From positions 22,051 through 86,050 of IMG/VR virus record IMGVR_UViG_3300037312_001875: a stretch of DNA of 64,000 nt; one strand, written 5' to 3'. The notes beneath the pieces are model-generated. The model was not told the DNA's origin, did not search any database, and worked only from the letters and a program-made list of their open reading frames with translations. A program made the translations under genes and the position numbers. Shown piece by piece: positions 25,129 through 33,000 of the stretch. The stretch's first letter is position 1. Every line of letters starts with the position of its first letter. This DNA is from a virus (taxonomy: Duplodnaviria; Caudoviricetes).

Positions 25129-26307
25129 ATGGCTAAAAAGTATGCAGCAGAGTATCCAGCATTTAATGAAACATACAATATAGATGAAGTAGGAGATATG
25201 CTTAAGAACCAAAAGCATAATCTTGAAATGAACACCTATGCAACCATATCTGGGATCCGAGGAAAGCAATTCGGTAAAGAAATTTTTTCAACTGTGATTA
25301 AATTCAAAGATTTACGTGACTTCATGGAGACATTCAAGGATGTTCAACGGAATCTCATTGTTTCGAAAATGAATAGTGCCAAAAACTATATCCTGTCTGG
25401 TTTAGGAAAGAAAAATCCAATGAGGTTTTTCCCTGCCATAACAGCAACTGCAAGAGGAAACATTTTCTATAGCGAGGAAGATAACCGTTTGGCGATTGAT
25501 ACAAGAACGAGCAAATTAAGTTTGAATGATGGCCAACATCGCTATTTTGCCACAATCGAGGCAATTCGTACCTTACAAGGCAGAATCAATAACTCTAAAG
25601 ACGAAGTGGAGAAGGAAAATTTAAAAGAGCTTTTAAAAGAGCTCAATAACATGGCAATGCCTGTAGTCATTTTTAATAATTTAACCATTGAAGAGGAACG
25701 CCAACTGTTTTCGGACACTAATAACTTGGCACAAAGACCATCCAGAAGTGCTACCATTCGTTTGAACCAAACAGATTTATTTAGCCGCATGTCTAGGGAT
25801 TTAGTAAATTTAAACAAGTATTTTCAACATTATGGCGTTGAAATGGATAAAGCAAGTATCTATGGAAAGGACAATAAGAATACCATTCTTTTAACAACCA
25901 TTTATGCGAGCATTAAAACCTTATTAGGAAGAAAGTTAGACGAAGAAACATATGAGGTTTCTAAAAAGTATTTGAACGATACATTTAATAACATGTATCA
26001 AATGTTGCCTCCAGATCTCAATAATCGTGGGATTTATATTACAGACCAATCTTATGCCATCAAAGGAATTGTGAAGTTCATTGCGGATTATCGAGCAAAA
26101 GATTTTAATGACAAAGTAATTTTTGAAACCATTGGAAAAGTGAATTGGGTAGCAGATATCAATTACTGGAAGCAATATGGAGCGATGACCTCTAAACAAG
26201 GCAAGCTGGTATTTGGCGGAAGCGGCGATCACGGAAGATATGCGGTTTTCCATGCATTAGAGGATAATCTTCCTGATCAACCGAAACAATTGGAATTGAT
26301 TCAATAA
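25129..26307 (+). CDS. DGQHR-domain (DndB-like) protein
   Basis: FFPAITA..LSLNDGQHRYFA..EERQLFSDTNNLAQRPS signature. Confidence 0.85.
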   Translation: MAKKYAAEYPAFNETYNIDEVGDMLKNQKHNLEMNTYATISGIRGKQFGKEIFSTVIKFKDLRDFMETFKDVQRNLIVSKMNSAKNYILSGLGKKNPMRFFPAITATARGNIFYSEEDNRLAIDTRTSKLSLNDGQHRYFATIEAIRTLQGRINNSKDEVEKENLKELLKELNNMAMPVVIFNNLTIEEERQLFSDTNNLAQRPSRSATIRLNQTDLFSRMSRDLVNLNKYFQHYGVEMDKASIYGKDNKNTILLTTIYASIKTLLGRKLDEETYEVSKKYLNDTFNNMYQMLPPDLNNRGIYITDQSYAIKGIVKFIADYRAKDFNDKVIFETIGKVNWVADINYWKQYGAMTSKQGKLVFGGSGDHGRYAVFHALEDNLPDQPKQLELIQ

Positions 26308-26329
26308 ATAGGTACTGGGGGAGCGTAAA

Positions 26330-27196
26330 TTGGGGACTGTTATAACATTCGGACTACAGAAAGGTGGAGTTAGTAAGTCGACTTCAACTGGCATTTTTGC
26401 TCATTTGATGAGTAAAGATGGATATAAAGTTTTAGCAATAGACATGGACTCCCAAGGAAATCTTACAGAACTACTTACTAATGTAGAATCAAATGAATTC
26501 ATAGGTAAATCGGTGCTTGAGGCAATTGTAAGTAGATCAGTAAAGGATTATATCGTTAAGGTAAATGATCATCTTGATGTTTTGCCGGCTAACAATTTTC
26601 TCGCTTTACTACCAAAGTGGTTATACACCTATACTTTGTTTGATAATGAAAAAGTATACTATACAGGTGGAACAACGGAACAATTATATTTAACAATTGA
26701 ACCAATCATTGACCAATATGACTTTATTTTGATTGATACACCTCCATCTTTATCCGAGCAGACGACCAATTCCTTAGTGGCTTCTGATTATGTTATCGTT
26801 CCTTTTGAATCTTCATATTTTTGTCTGCGTGCCATTCCAAACTTTATTGAGTCTGTTGAGCATTCACGAAAGACAAGTAAACGAGATGTACAGATTCTAG
26901 GTGTACTAAGAACATTAAACGATAAGAGGCGAAGTGATTCTAAATTGTTCAATGAGACCATAGCAGACACATATCCTGAACTTGTTTTTAAAACGATTAT
27001 TACAAGGAAAGCATCTACAGGGAGATTACCGTTAAGTGGATTCGATGATAATCAAGAATTAGGAGATGCACTTGAACAGTTTAGAAACGTGTATGTGGAA
27101 ATTAAGGAACGATTAGGATTGGGTCGAGAGGTTCGAAAGGGGAAGATGAAGATTGGCAAAGAAGTTAGACGACTTAAAGGAAAGATTAGCAAATAA
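26330..27196 (+). CDS. parA: ParA/Soj-family partition ATPase
   Basis: QKGGVSKST, AIDMDSQGNLT, ILIDTPPSL, ALVASDYVIVP-like motifs. Confidence 0.92.
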   Translation: MGTVITFGLQKGGVSKSTSTGIFAHLMSKDGYKVLAIDMDSQGNLTELLTNVESNEFIGKSVLEAIVSRSVKDYIVKVNDHLDVLPANNFLALLPKWLYTYTLFDNEKVYYTGGTTEQLYLTIEPIIDQYDFILIDTPPSLSEQTTNSLVASDYVIVPFESSYFCLRAIPNFIESVEHSRKTSKRDVQILGVLRTLNDKRRSDSKLFNETIADTYPELVFKTIITRKASTGRLPLSGFDDNQELGDALEQFRNVYVEIKERLGLGREVRKGKMKIGKEVRRLKGKISK

Positions 27197-27464
27197 AGCA
27201 AAATCAGTTTCTGCTACAGAAGCCCTTAATGGAACTTCTGGAAATTCTCAACCTGAAGCAGAAGAGGTTGAATACGAACGGTATATTCTTAATCTTGATA
27301 GAAAATTAATCGACGCTATCGAGGAGTATGTATTTAATGAAAAGCGCAGCGGAAAAACGTTGTTCGATATAAAAACGGGGCTTCCCAAAAAAATTAATCG
27401 TTCTCTTTGGGCAAGACACGTATTTATTGAAGCATTAAGAAAAGCTGGGATTGAGATAGATTAA
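27153..27464 (+). CDS. Small putative type-Ib partition adaptor (centromere-binding)
   Basis: 103 aa overlapping the parA end; basic flexible N-terminus; C-terminal strand-helix-helix-like pattern. Confidence 0.55.
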   Translation: MAKKLDDLKERLANKAKSVSATEALNGTSGNSQPEAEEVEYERYILNLDRKLIDAIEEYVFNEKRSGKTLFDIKTGLPKKINRSLWARHVFIEALRKAGIEID

Positions 27465-27504
27465 AAAATGGAGGATACATTTATTATGTATCCTCCATTT
27501 TTTT
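27463..27504. terminator. Bidirectional terminator
   Basis: AAAAAATGGAGGATACAT / ATGTATCCTCCATTTTTT. Confidence 0.85.
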
Positions 27505-28305
27505 GATTTTAAAAGGATTTACAACCGGCAGATCGCCGCGGAAAATAAAACCCATTCGTTCCAATTTCCCTTTGATTCCACTGGCTGATTTGTGCTTGTC
27601 TTTTGGTTTGTTTTCGTTTAAGGTATCTACTATAGCATTCAAAGAATAACCTTTATCTAATAATTCTAGGGCGACATCAATTTCCTCTTGGGTATACTTG
27701 ATACACTTGTCTAAACTTAAAGGTCTCGCTTTAATATTTAAATCCCATAGTTTCCGTCTAATGGAATTTTCTGAACGTTTAAGTATGCAAGCCAGTTCCG
27801 GATAGGTGTACTGATAAGAATAAACCATACGGATCAATTGTGATTTCTCTTGATCTGTCCATGGGCGTCGTTCCATATACTTCTTCTTATCGATGGATCT
27901 TTTCTCCTTCACCCAGGAGGGCTCTTTTCCAAGAATAAGATGGTCAACCTTGGCAAAATTAATTAGGTGCTTATGTTCTTCTGCCCAGCGCCAGAAGTCT
28001 TCGTATGAAACTACGTAAATTCGTCTCTTTCGAGAAAAGACTTTTTGTTTCGCTGGGAAATTATATTGGAGAATCCAACTTTTCGTTTTGTTAAACGAGG
28101 AAATGCCGAGTGCGATCATCAGCTGCCTAACTGTAATTCCGTCGAAATGTAATGTTGGGTCTAACAATCCCATTTCCACAGCTTTTCTCCGCACGCCATC
28201 GTACGGTCTATCTAAATGTTTTGAGATGAGGGTAACGCTTTTGGATCCCCAATTGTCCTGGAGATAAAGTTCTTCCTCTGGAGTCCACACTCTATATCTG
28301 CCCAC
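27484..28305 (-). CDS. DNA-binding protein with three Myb/homeodomain-like repeats
   Basis: WTPEEELYL, WTDQEKSQL and YTQEEIDVA, each followed by an HTH-like segment. Confidence 0.7.
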   Translation of the reverse strand: MGRYRVWTPEEELYLQDNWGSKSVTLISKHLDRPYDGVRRKAVEMGLLDPTLHFDGITVRQLMIALGISSFNKTKSWILQYNFPAKQKVFSRKRRIYVVSYEDFWRWAEEHKHLINFAKVDHLILGKEPSWVKEKRSIDKKKYMERRPWTDQEKSQLIRMVYSYQYTYPELACILKRSENSIRRKLWDLNIKARPLSLDKCIKYTQEEIDVALELLDKGYSLNAIVDTLNENKPKDKHKSASGIKGKLERMGFIFRGDLPVVNPFKIKKMEDT

Positions 28306-28363
28306 TTCTTATAAATTCACTCCTTCCCACTGAAATGCATATAGGTCTATTATACAATGAGTA

Positions 28364-28379
28364 AAGGAGTATAGTCCTA
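28364..28379. promoter_or_regulatory. Operator variant AAGGAGTATAGTCCTA
   Basis: AGG-N8-CCTA with a perfect AGTCCTA half-site. Confidence 0.5.
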
Positions 28380-28467
28380 TTTTTCTAAAAACTTATTCCA
28401 GTACTTTATTCCTAAAAATATATAAGCTATAATTCTAATGAATACTTTTCTATCAATCAGAGAAACT

Positions 28468-28496
28468 GAAGTTCCGAACTGCCCATTCGGAACTTC
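28468..28496. repeat. Perfect 11-bp inverted repeat
   Basis: GAAGTTCCGAA-ctgccca-TTCGGAACTTC in a divergent intergenic region, with no U-tract. Confidence 0.8.
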
Positions 28497-28513
28497 TAAT
28501 TTATTGTGATGCT

Positions 28514-28536
28514 TATAATGTAGGATAATTGACCTA
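28514..28536 (+). promoter_or_regulatory. -10 TATAAT immediately followed by TAGG-N8-CCTA operator (28521-28536)
   Basis: TATAAT-G-TAGGATAATTGACCTA. Confidence 0.65.
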
Positions 28537-28556
28537 TTTCATAAAGGATGATTCAG

Positions 28557-28949
28557 ATGGATTATGCAAAATTAGAGTCACGTATGTTTAGATTTTTGGA
28601 GATTACTCAAATTCAAACGAGTTTAAAGGAAGAGAAAAGTAATTTAAAAGAGCAAATTGCGGAGATGCTGCAGGAAGAAGGATTATCCCATCATACCGCT
28701 TTATTTGATGAGAACCATGAATTGAAAGTGACTGTCACGCCAGGAACCAAAAAGGTGTTTGAAAAAGAAAAGATGGCGGATGATTTAGGGGTAACAACAG
28801 CTTCTACCCAGAAGAAAGATTTTTTAATTAATATGACTGAACAAGGTAAACTCACCTTGGATCGGTTTAAACGATATTTTCATCAAGAACCAAATGTAAA
28901 GTTTTCTCTTCGGAAAGTAAAAAAGAAGAAGAAAAAGGTGAAAAAATGA
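28557..28949 (+). CDS. Hypothetical phage protein (coiled-coil N-terminus, Lys-rich tail)
   Basis: First gene of the nucleotide-metabolism operon; start moved to ATG 28557 for RBS spacing. Confidence 0.65.
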   Translation: MDYAKLESRMFRFLEITQIQTSLKEEKSNLKEQIAEMLQEEGLSHHTALFDENHELKVTVTPGTKKVFEKEKMADDLGVTTASTQKKDFLINMTEQGKLTLDRFKRYFHQEPNVKFSLRKVKKKKKKVKK

Positions 28950-29428
28950 TACAGAATCTGTTCCTTATTCAAAAGAATTTAATGAATGAAATAGAAGAAA
29001 AACATCCTGCTCATCCAGAGGAGAACCGTTTTAACAAAAAGTTACTCGCTTGCTTGGTGGAACTTGGCGAGGCAGCTCAGGAGCAGAGGTCGTGGAAATA
29101 TTGGAGCAACGATCGTAAACCTCGGACTAAAAAACTCCTGGAGGAATTGGTTGATGTTCTCCATTTTATATTAGAGTTTGGAATCATTTTAGAGGTTATC
29201 TATTATGCCGAAGAAATCGAACCGCATAAATGTGACACAGTGGAAGAACAGTTTATTGCTTTATACAACCACATTTTATCTACTTCCTTAGACGAAGTGT
29301 TTTATTTAGACCTTTTAAACACTTATGTAGGATTAATTGAAATGGTCGGTTTTACTTGGGATGAAATCGAAAATGCTTATTTTGATAAAGTGAAAGTCAA
29401 TTACGGAAGATTAGAAAACGGTTATTAA
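28946..29428 (+). CDS. dut: Dimeric all-alpha dUTPase
   Basis: LVELGEAAQEQRSWKYWS, LLEELVDVLHF, YFDKVKVNYGR. Confidence 0.85.
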   Translation: MIQNLFLIQKNLMNEIEEKHPAHPEENRFNKKLLACLVELGEAAQEQRSWKYWSNDRKPRTKKLLEELVDVLHFILEFGIILEVIYYAEEIEPHKCDTVEEQFIALYNHILSTSLDEVFYLDLLNTYVGLIEMVGFTWDEIENAYFDKVKVNYGRLENGY

Positions 29429-29447
29429 TGTAAAGGAAGGGAATGAC

Positions 29448-29816
29448 ATGCTTTTAAAGTTGCCCAGAGTATTGCTACATGAAAAAAACTCTCGTCGTAT
29501 CATGTTTGTTCCCTATCCCGCAGAACTCTACGGCGTCTATTTGACACCAGATGAAGGAGTTTGGACACTCAAGGTAGTAGCGGATGAGATTGAACAGTTG
29601 ATTAGGCGATATGCTATTTTATTTCCTGATGTACTGGATGAATTTGAAACTGATACATATACGGGTTATCGGTGTATGGTTCACGATGAAGACACAGGGA
29701 TCACACGACAGATTCTTGAAAGGTTAGGCTATGAACTAGAAGAATCAGAGTTTTCACCTTATAAATTGTATTGGGTTGTTTTAAAAACTAGGGATGAGAA
29801 GAGGAAGAAGAAATGA
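29448..29816 (+). CDS. Hypothetical phage protein
   Basis: 122 aa in operon, with RBS. Confidence 0.65.
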   Translation: MLLKLPRVLLHEKNSRRIMFVPYPAELYGVYLTPDEGVWTLKVVADEIEQLIRRYAILFPDVLDEFETDTYTGYRCMVHDEDTGITRQILERLGYELEESEFSPYKLYWVVLKTRDEKRKKK

Positions 29817-30610
29817 CAATCGAAGTTTTAGAGGATGGTATTTGGTATATCGGTGATACATTTAAACTCAAGATGACAAGATATACTGATCCTGAACGAA
29901 AGAACCTTGCTCGGAATGCGGCTAGATATCTTGGAAAAAAAGATATTGATAACATCCGTAGACCCCTTTCCATTATCCGTAAGTATCACGTGCCAGAGAT
30001 ATTTAGAGGAGAACATGTTGAGTTTGAATTTTATGATGTGAGCAAAGAAGTTTATGACCACATCATCACATATACGACCAGAGATATGAGGGTAGCTGGT
30101 GGCAATCGTGCCTTAACATCCGACAATTACGCATTACCATCTGATAAAGTGAAAGATATAGATAGGGTTGAAAGAGCTGTAATTACTTCAATGGACAGAT
30201 ATCAAAATCTTTTAAGTCATGGTGAAACTCCACAGGTAGCACGTTCCGCTATGCCTGTTGCTGCTAAAATGAATATATTTGTCTATCAGTTTAACTTTCT
30301 AACGCTTGGACAATCAGTATTCAATCAGAGGATATGGGACAATGGTGCTCAGGGGAACACCGTTAAAGTGGTTAAAGGCATGTTTGAACTATGTGCTCAT
30401 ATCGACAAGGAATTATGGGATACCTGGTATGAATACTATGGAACCCCGATGATGCGGTGGAGACAGGCAAGAAAGAAAGCAAAACGTATGACGGTTCACC
30501 AATTATTAAACGAATTACACGAATTAGCGCTCTCTGGAGAAGGAAATCCAGATCAAACGGTGGAAGATTATTTTGTTGAGAAATACGGAGAAATGGAATC
30601 GATGTGGTAG
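29813..30610 (+). CDS. Divergent ThyX (FAD-dependent thymidylate synthase)-like protein
   Basis: FEFYDVSKEVYDH, ETPQVARSAMP and NQR...AQ fit the ThyX layout, but the RHRx7S motif is replaced. Confidence 0.6.
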   Translation: MTIEVLEDGIWYIGDTFKLKMTRYTDPERKNLARNAARYLGKKDIDNIRRPLSIIRKYHVPEIFRGEHVEFEFYDVSKEVYDHIITYTTRDMRVAGGNRALTSDNYALPSDKVKDIDRVERAVITSMDRYQNLLSHGETPQVARSAMPVAAKMNIFVYQFNFLTLGQSVFNQRIWDNGAQGNTVKVVKGMFELCAHIDKELWDTWYEYYGTPMMRWRQARKKAKRMTVHQLLNELHELALSGEGNPDQTVEDYFVEKYGEMESMW

Positions 30611-30623
30611 GAGGTGTTTTAAC

Positions 30624-30782
30624 ATGATGGAAAAGTATGGAGTGGAACAATCCACGTATGAAGTGGTGGTTCCAGTTCCGGGGAAACCGGATGATTTTCA
30701 AGTGATTGGCTCGTATTTAAGTTTAGAGGATGCTACAAAAGTTCAACAAAAAAATCCAAAGTCGATTGTTCGACCTGAATAA
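30624..30782 (+). CDS. Small hypothetical protein
   Basis: AGGAGGTG RBS before ATG 30624. Confidence 0.6.
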   Translation: MMEKYGVEQSTYEVVVPVPGKPDDFQVIGSYLSLEDATKVQQKNPKSIVRPE

Positions 30783-30788
30783 AATAGT

Positions 30789-30812
30789 CCTCCCCTCAAA
30801 GGGGAGGTTTTT
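30789..30812. terminator. Terminator between convergent genes
   Basis: CCTCCCCT-caa-AGGGGAGG-TTTTT. Confidence 0.75.
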
Positions 30813-31221
30813 GTATGTATACCTTTTTATTCGCAAGATAAGCGAATTTGGCATATGTAATACTATTACCGTGTGGGTCGGTAAAATGTTTAGTCGTGTA
30901 AGGATTATAGTTCACTTCCCATTCCATGCCTTGCGGTTGAAGGTCGCTTCCTAAGTAAGTACCTTTCACCCAGGCATGAACTTTTTTTCGTCTTTGCTCA
31001 ATCACTTGTTTCCTTCCGACTTCACTGACATGAAAAACGGCATCTTGCAGGAGTACGTTAGTGGCGTATCCGACTACAAGACCTGTTTTCATATTAACGA
31101 TTGAATATTTACCTTGTTGATGTAAATTGACGTAGCATCGTACTAAGTTCCCTTCTTTAATTGTCCGTCCGTATAGGAAATCCACTAGCTGGCCCTCCTC
31201 AAAAAAATATTGAGGAATCAC
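30796..31221 (-). CDS. Conserved phage hypothetical protein
   Basis: YVNLHQQGKYSI..VSEVGRKQV..RRKKVHAWVKG, a recurrent phage family pattern. Confidence 0.65.
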   Translation of the reverse strand: MIPQYFFEEGQLVDFLYGRTIKEGNLVRCYVNLHQQGKYSIVNMKTGLVVGYATNVLLQDAVFHVSEVGRKQVIEQRRKKVHAWVKGTYLGSDLQPQGMEWEVNYNPYTTKHFTDPHGNSITYAKFAYLANKKVYIQKPPL

Positions 31222-31251
31222 ATCCTGGGGGATTGTGTTTCCTCAATATTC

Positions 31252-31884
31252 TTATAACACCATTTTTGATGAAACAATCCGTTTAATTCGGTCAAATACT
31301 TCATCAATTGAACCGCTGGCATCCACAATTTCAAAACGGTCTTTGAACTTTTTAGCGAGAAAATTATAAGCGTGACGAACTTTAATATGAAAATCCATTG
31401 GAGCTACATCAAATCGATTTTGCTCACGTTGGTTTTGTTTAATTCTTTCTAGAGCAATGACAGGGCTTAAATCCAACAAAAGAGTAAGAATTGGTGTGGT
31501 GTTTTCGACCGCAGCCATGTTTATATCATAAACGGTTTTCCATCCGACACCTTTTGCTACTCCTTGATACACAATAGAAGAATCAAAGAATCTATCGCAG
31601 ATGACAACCTTTTTGGAATGGAGAGCTGGTTGAATCACATTAATAAAATGTTCCCGTCTTGCAGCACCATACAATAGAACTTCGGTCATCGCATCCATTT
31701 CCTTCACTTCTGGATTTAACAGTAAATACCTTATCTTCTCGGCTAATTCAACTCCCCCTGGTTCCCTTGTTGTAACCACCTCGTATCCAAGAGACTCCAA
31801 ATATTCTTTTAATCTTTTAATTTGAACGCTTTTTCCAACTCCCTCTCCACCCTCGATAGTAAGAAAGTATCCATTTTGACTCAT
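31252..31884 (-). CDS. tmk: Thymidylate kinase
   Basis: IEGGEGVGKS P-loop, TREPGG, DRFFDSSIVYQG; GGAGGG RBS before ATG 31884. Confidence 0.92.
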   Translation of the reverse strand: MSQNGYFLTIEGGEGVGKSVQIKRLKEYLESLGYEVVTTREPGGVELAEKIRYLLLNPEVKEMDAMTEVLLYGAARREHFINVIQPALHSKKVVICDRFFDSSIVYQGVAKGVGWKTVYDINMAAVENTTPILTLLLDLSPVIALERIKQNQREQNRFDVAPMDFHIKVRHAYNFLAKKFKDRFEIVDASGSIDEVFDRIKRIVSSKMVL

Positions 31885-32131
31885 AGTAATCCCTCCGGAA
31901 AATCTATATATAGTATTGCATCGTTTGTGCACTCACAATAAATTGTGGTTTTGTGGTAATATGAGGATGGCTCGGATTGTTAACCCCGATCTGAAGTTCC
32001 CCGTTGTTTTAACTTTGGGAAGCAATAGCGCGTGCTTTTGCTTCTCCTTTTTTTGTTTCTATATTTCTATATTACATGATAATGGTATAATGGTCATAGG
32101 ACAAAAAGGAAGAAGAGAGAGGTTTTTCGTC

Positions 32132-32449
32132 ATGGGGTTAACTGGAGAGTGGGTTAAGGGACCGTTTTTGTGTACCACCATTGAGGGTTTTGTTTTGGAA
32201 GTATCGAATGGGTATTGCAAAATTATTGTCAAAAAGATGGACGATGTTGAGGAATACCTGCCACCACGTTTACAAATAGGTTCTGTTCATTACTTGCCTT
32301 TGAGAGTAATAGAAGAGTTTTATATACATTTTAATTTCGACCAACAATCATCGTTGATCGAAACGGCTCAAATGTTGGATGACTATCATTGGGTAGCTGA
32401 GCTGAAAGAGCAATTCTATAATCCGTTTATTAGCAAACAAATTATTTAA
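32132..32449 (+). CDS. Hypothetical protein
   Basis: AGAGGT RBS before ATG 32132; extended -10 TGGTATAAT upstream. Confidence 0.6.
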   Translation: MGLTGEWVKGPFLCTTIEGFVLEVSNGYCKIIVKKMDDVEEYLPPRLQIGSVHYLPLRVIEEFYIHFNFDQQSSLIETAQMLDDYHWVAELKEQFYNPFISKQII

Positions 32450-32464
32450 AAGGGGAATTTATCA

Positions 32465-32914
32465 ATGATGAATCGTGTTGTGCTTGTTGGCCGTTTAACA
32501 AAAGATCCAGATTTGCGTTATACACCAAATGGGGTTCCTGTTGCCACCTTTACTCTAGCGGTCAATCGTCCTTTTGCTGATCAATCCGGTGAGAGGCAGG
32601 CAGACTTTATCAACTGTGTGGTTTGGCGTAAACCAGCGGAGAACGTATCAAATTACCTTAAAAAAGGTTCGCTTTGTGGAGTCGATGGACGAATTCAAAC
32701 AAGGAATTACGAAGGTCAAGATGGTAAACGTGTTTACGTTACAGAAGTTCAAGCAGAAAGCGTACAATTCTTAGAAACAAAGAGTAACAATGGATACCAA
32801 CCACCAATGGAGCCGCCCCCAGAACGTGGCGGCACAAATCAATATAACAAGAATAGTGATCCATTCGCCGGAAGCGGAAATATTGACCTTGGCGAAGATG
32901 ATCATCCATTCTGA
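32465..32914 (+). CDS. ssb: Single-stranded DNA-binding protein
   Basis: [35 protein letters not shown]; acidic tail DDHPF. Confidence 0.95.
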   Translation: MMNRVVLVGRLTKDPDLRYTPNGVPVATFTLAVNRPFADQSGERQADFINCVVWRKPAENVSNYLKKGSLCGVDGRIQTRNYEGQDGKRVYVTEVQAESVQFLETKSNNGYQPPMEPPPERGGTNQYNKNSDPFAGSGNIDLGEDDHPF

Positions 32915-32918
32915 TGAC

Positions 32919-32946
32919 AACCCACCGTACAAGCGGTGGGTTTTTT
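32919..32946 (+). terminator. Rho-independent terminator
   Basis: AACCCACCG / CGGTGGGTT plus T run. Confidence 0.85.
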
Positions 32947-32959
32947 GATATATTGATAA

Positions 32960-32980
32960 TAGGTAATTTATCATAGGACT
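32960..32980 (+). promoter_or_regulatory. Overlapping operator sites before the head operon
   Basis: TAGGTAATTTATCATA (one mismatch to TAGG-N8-CCTA) and TAGGACT at 32974-32980. Confidence 0.55.
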
Positions 32981-33000
32981 AAAGAAGGAGGTTGAGGGAA

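Noticed and set aside
25129-26307. Dnd phosphorothioation system
   Set aside because: Only a DGQHR gene is present; no dndA/C/D/E-like neighbours.
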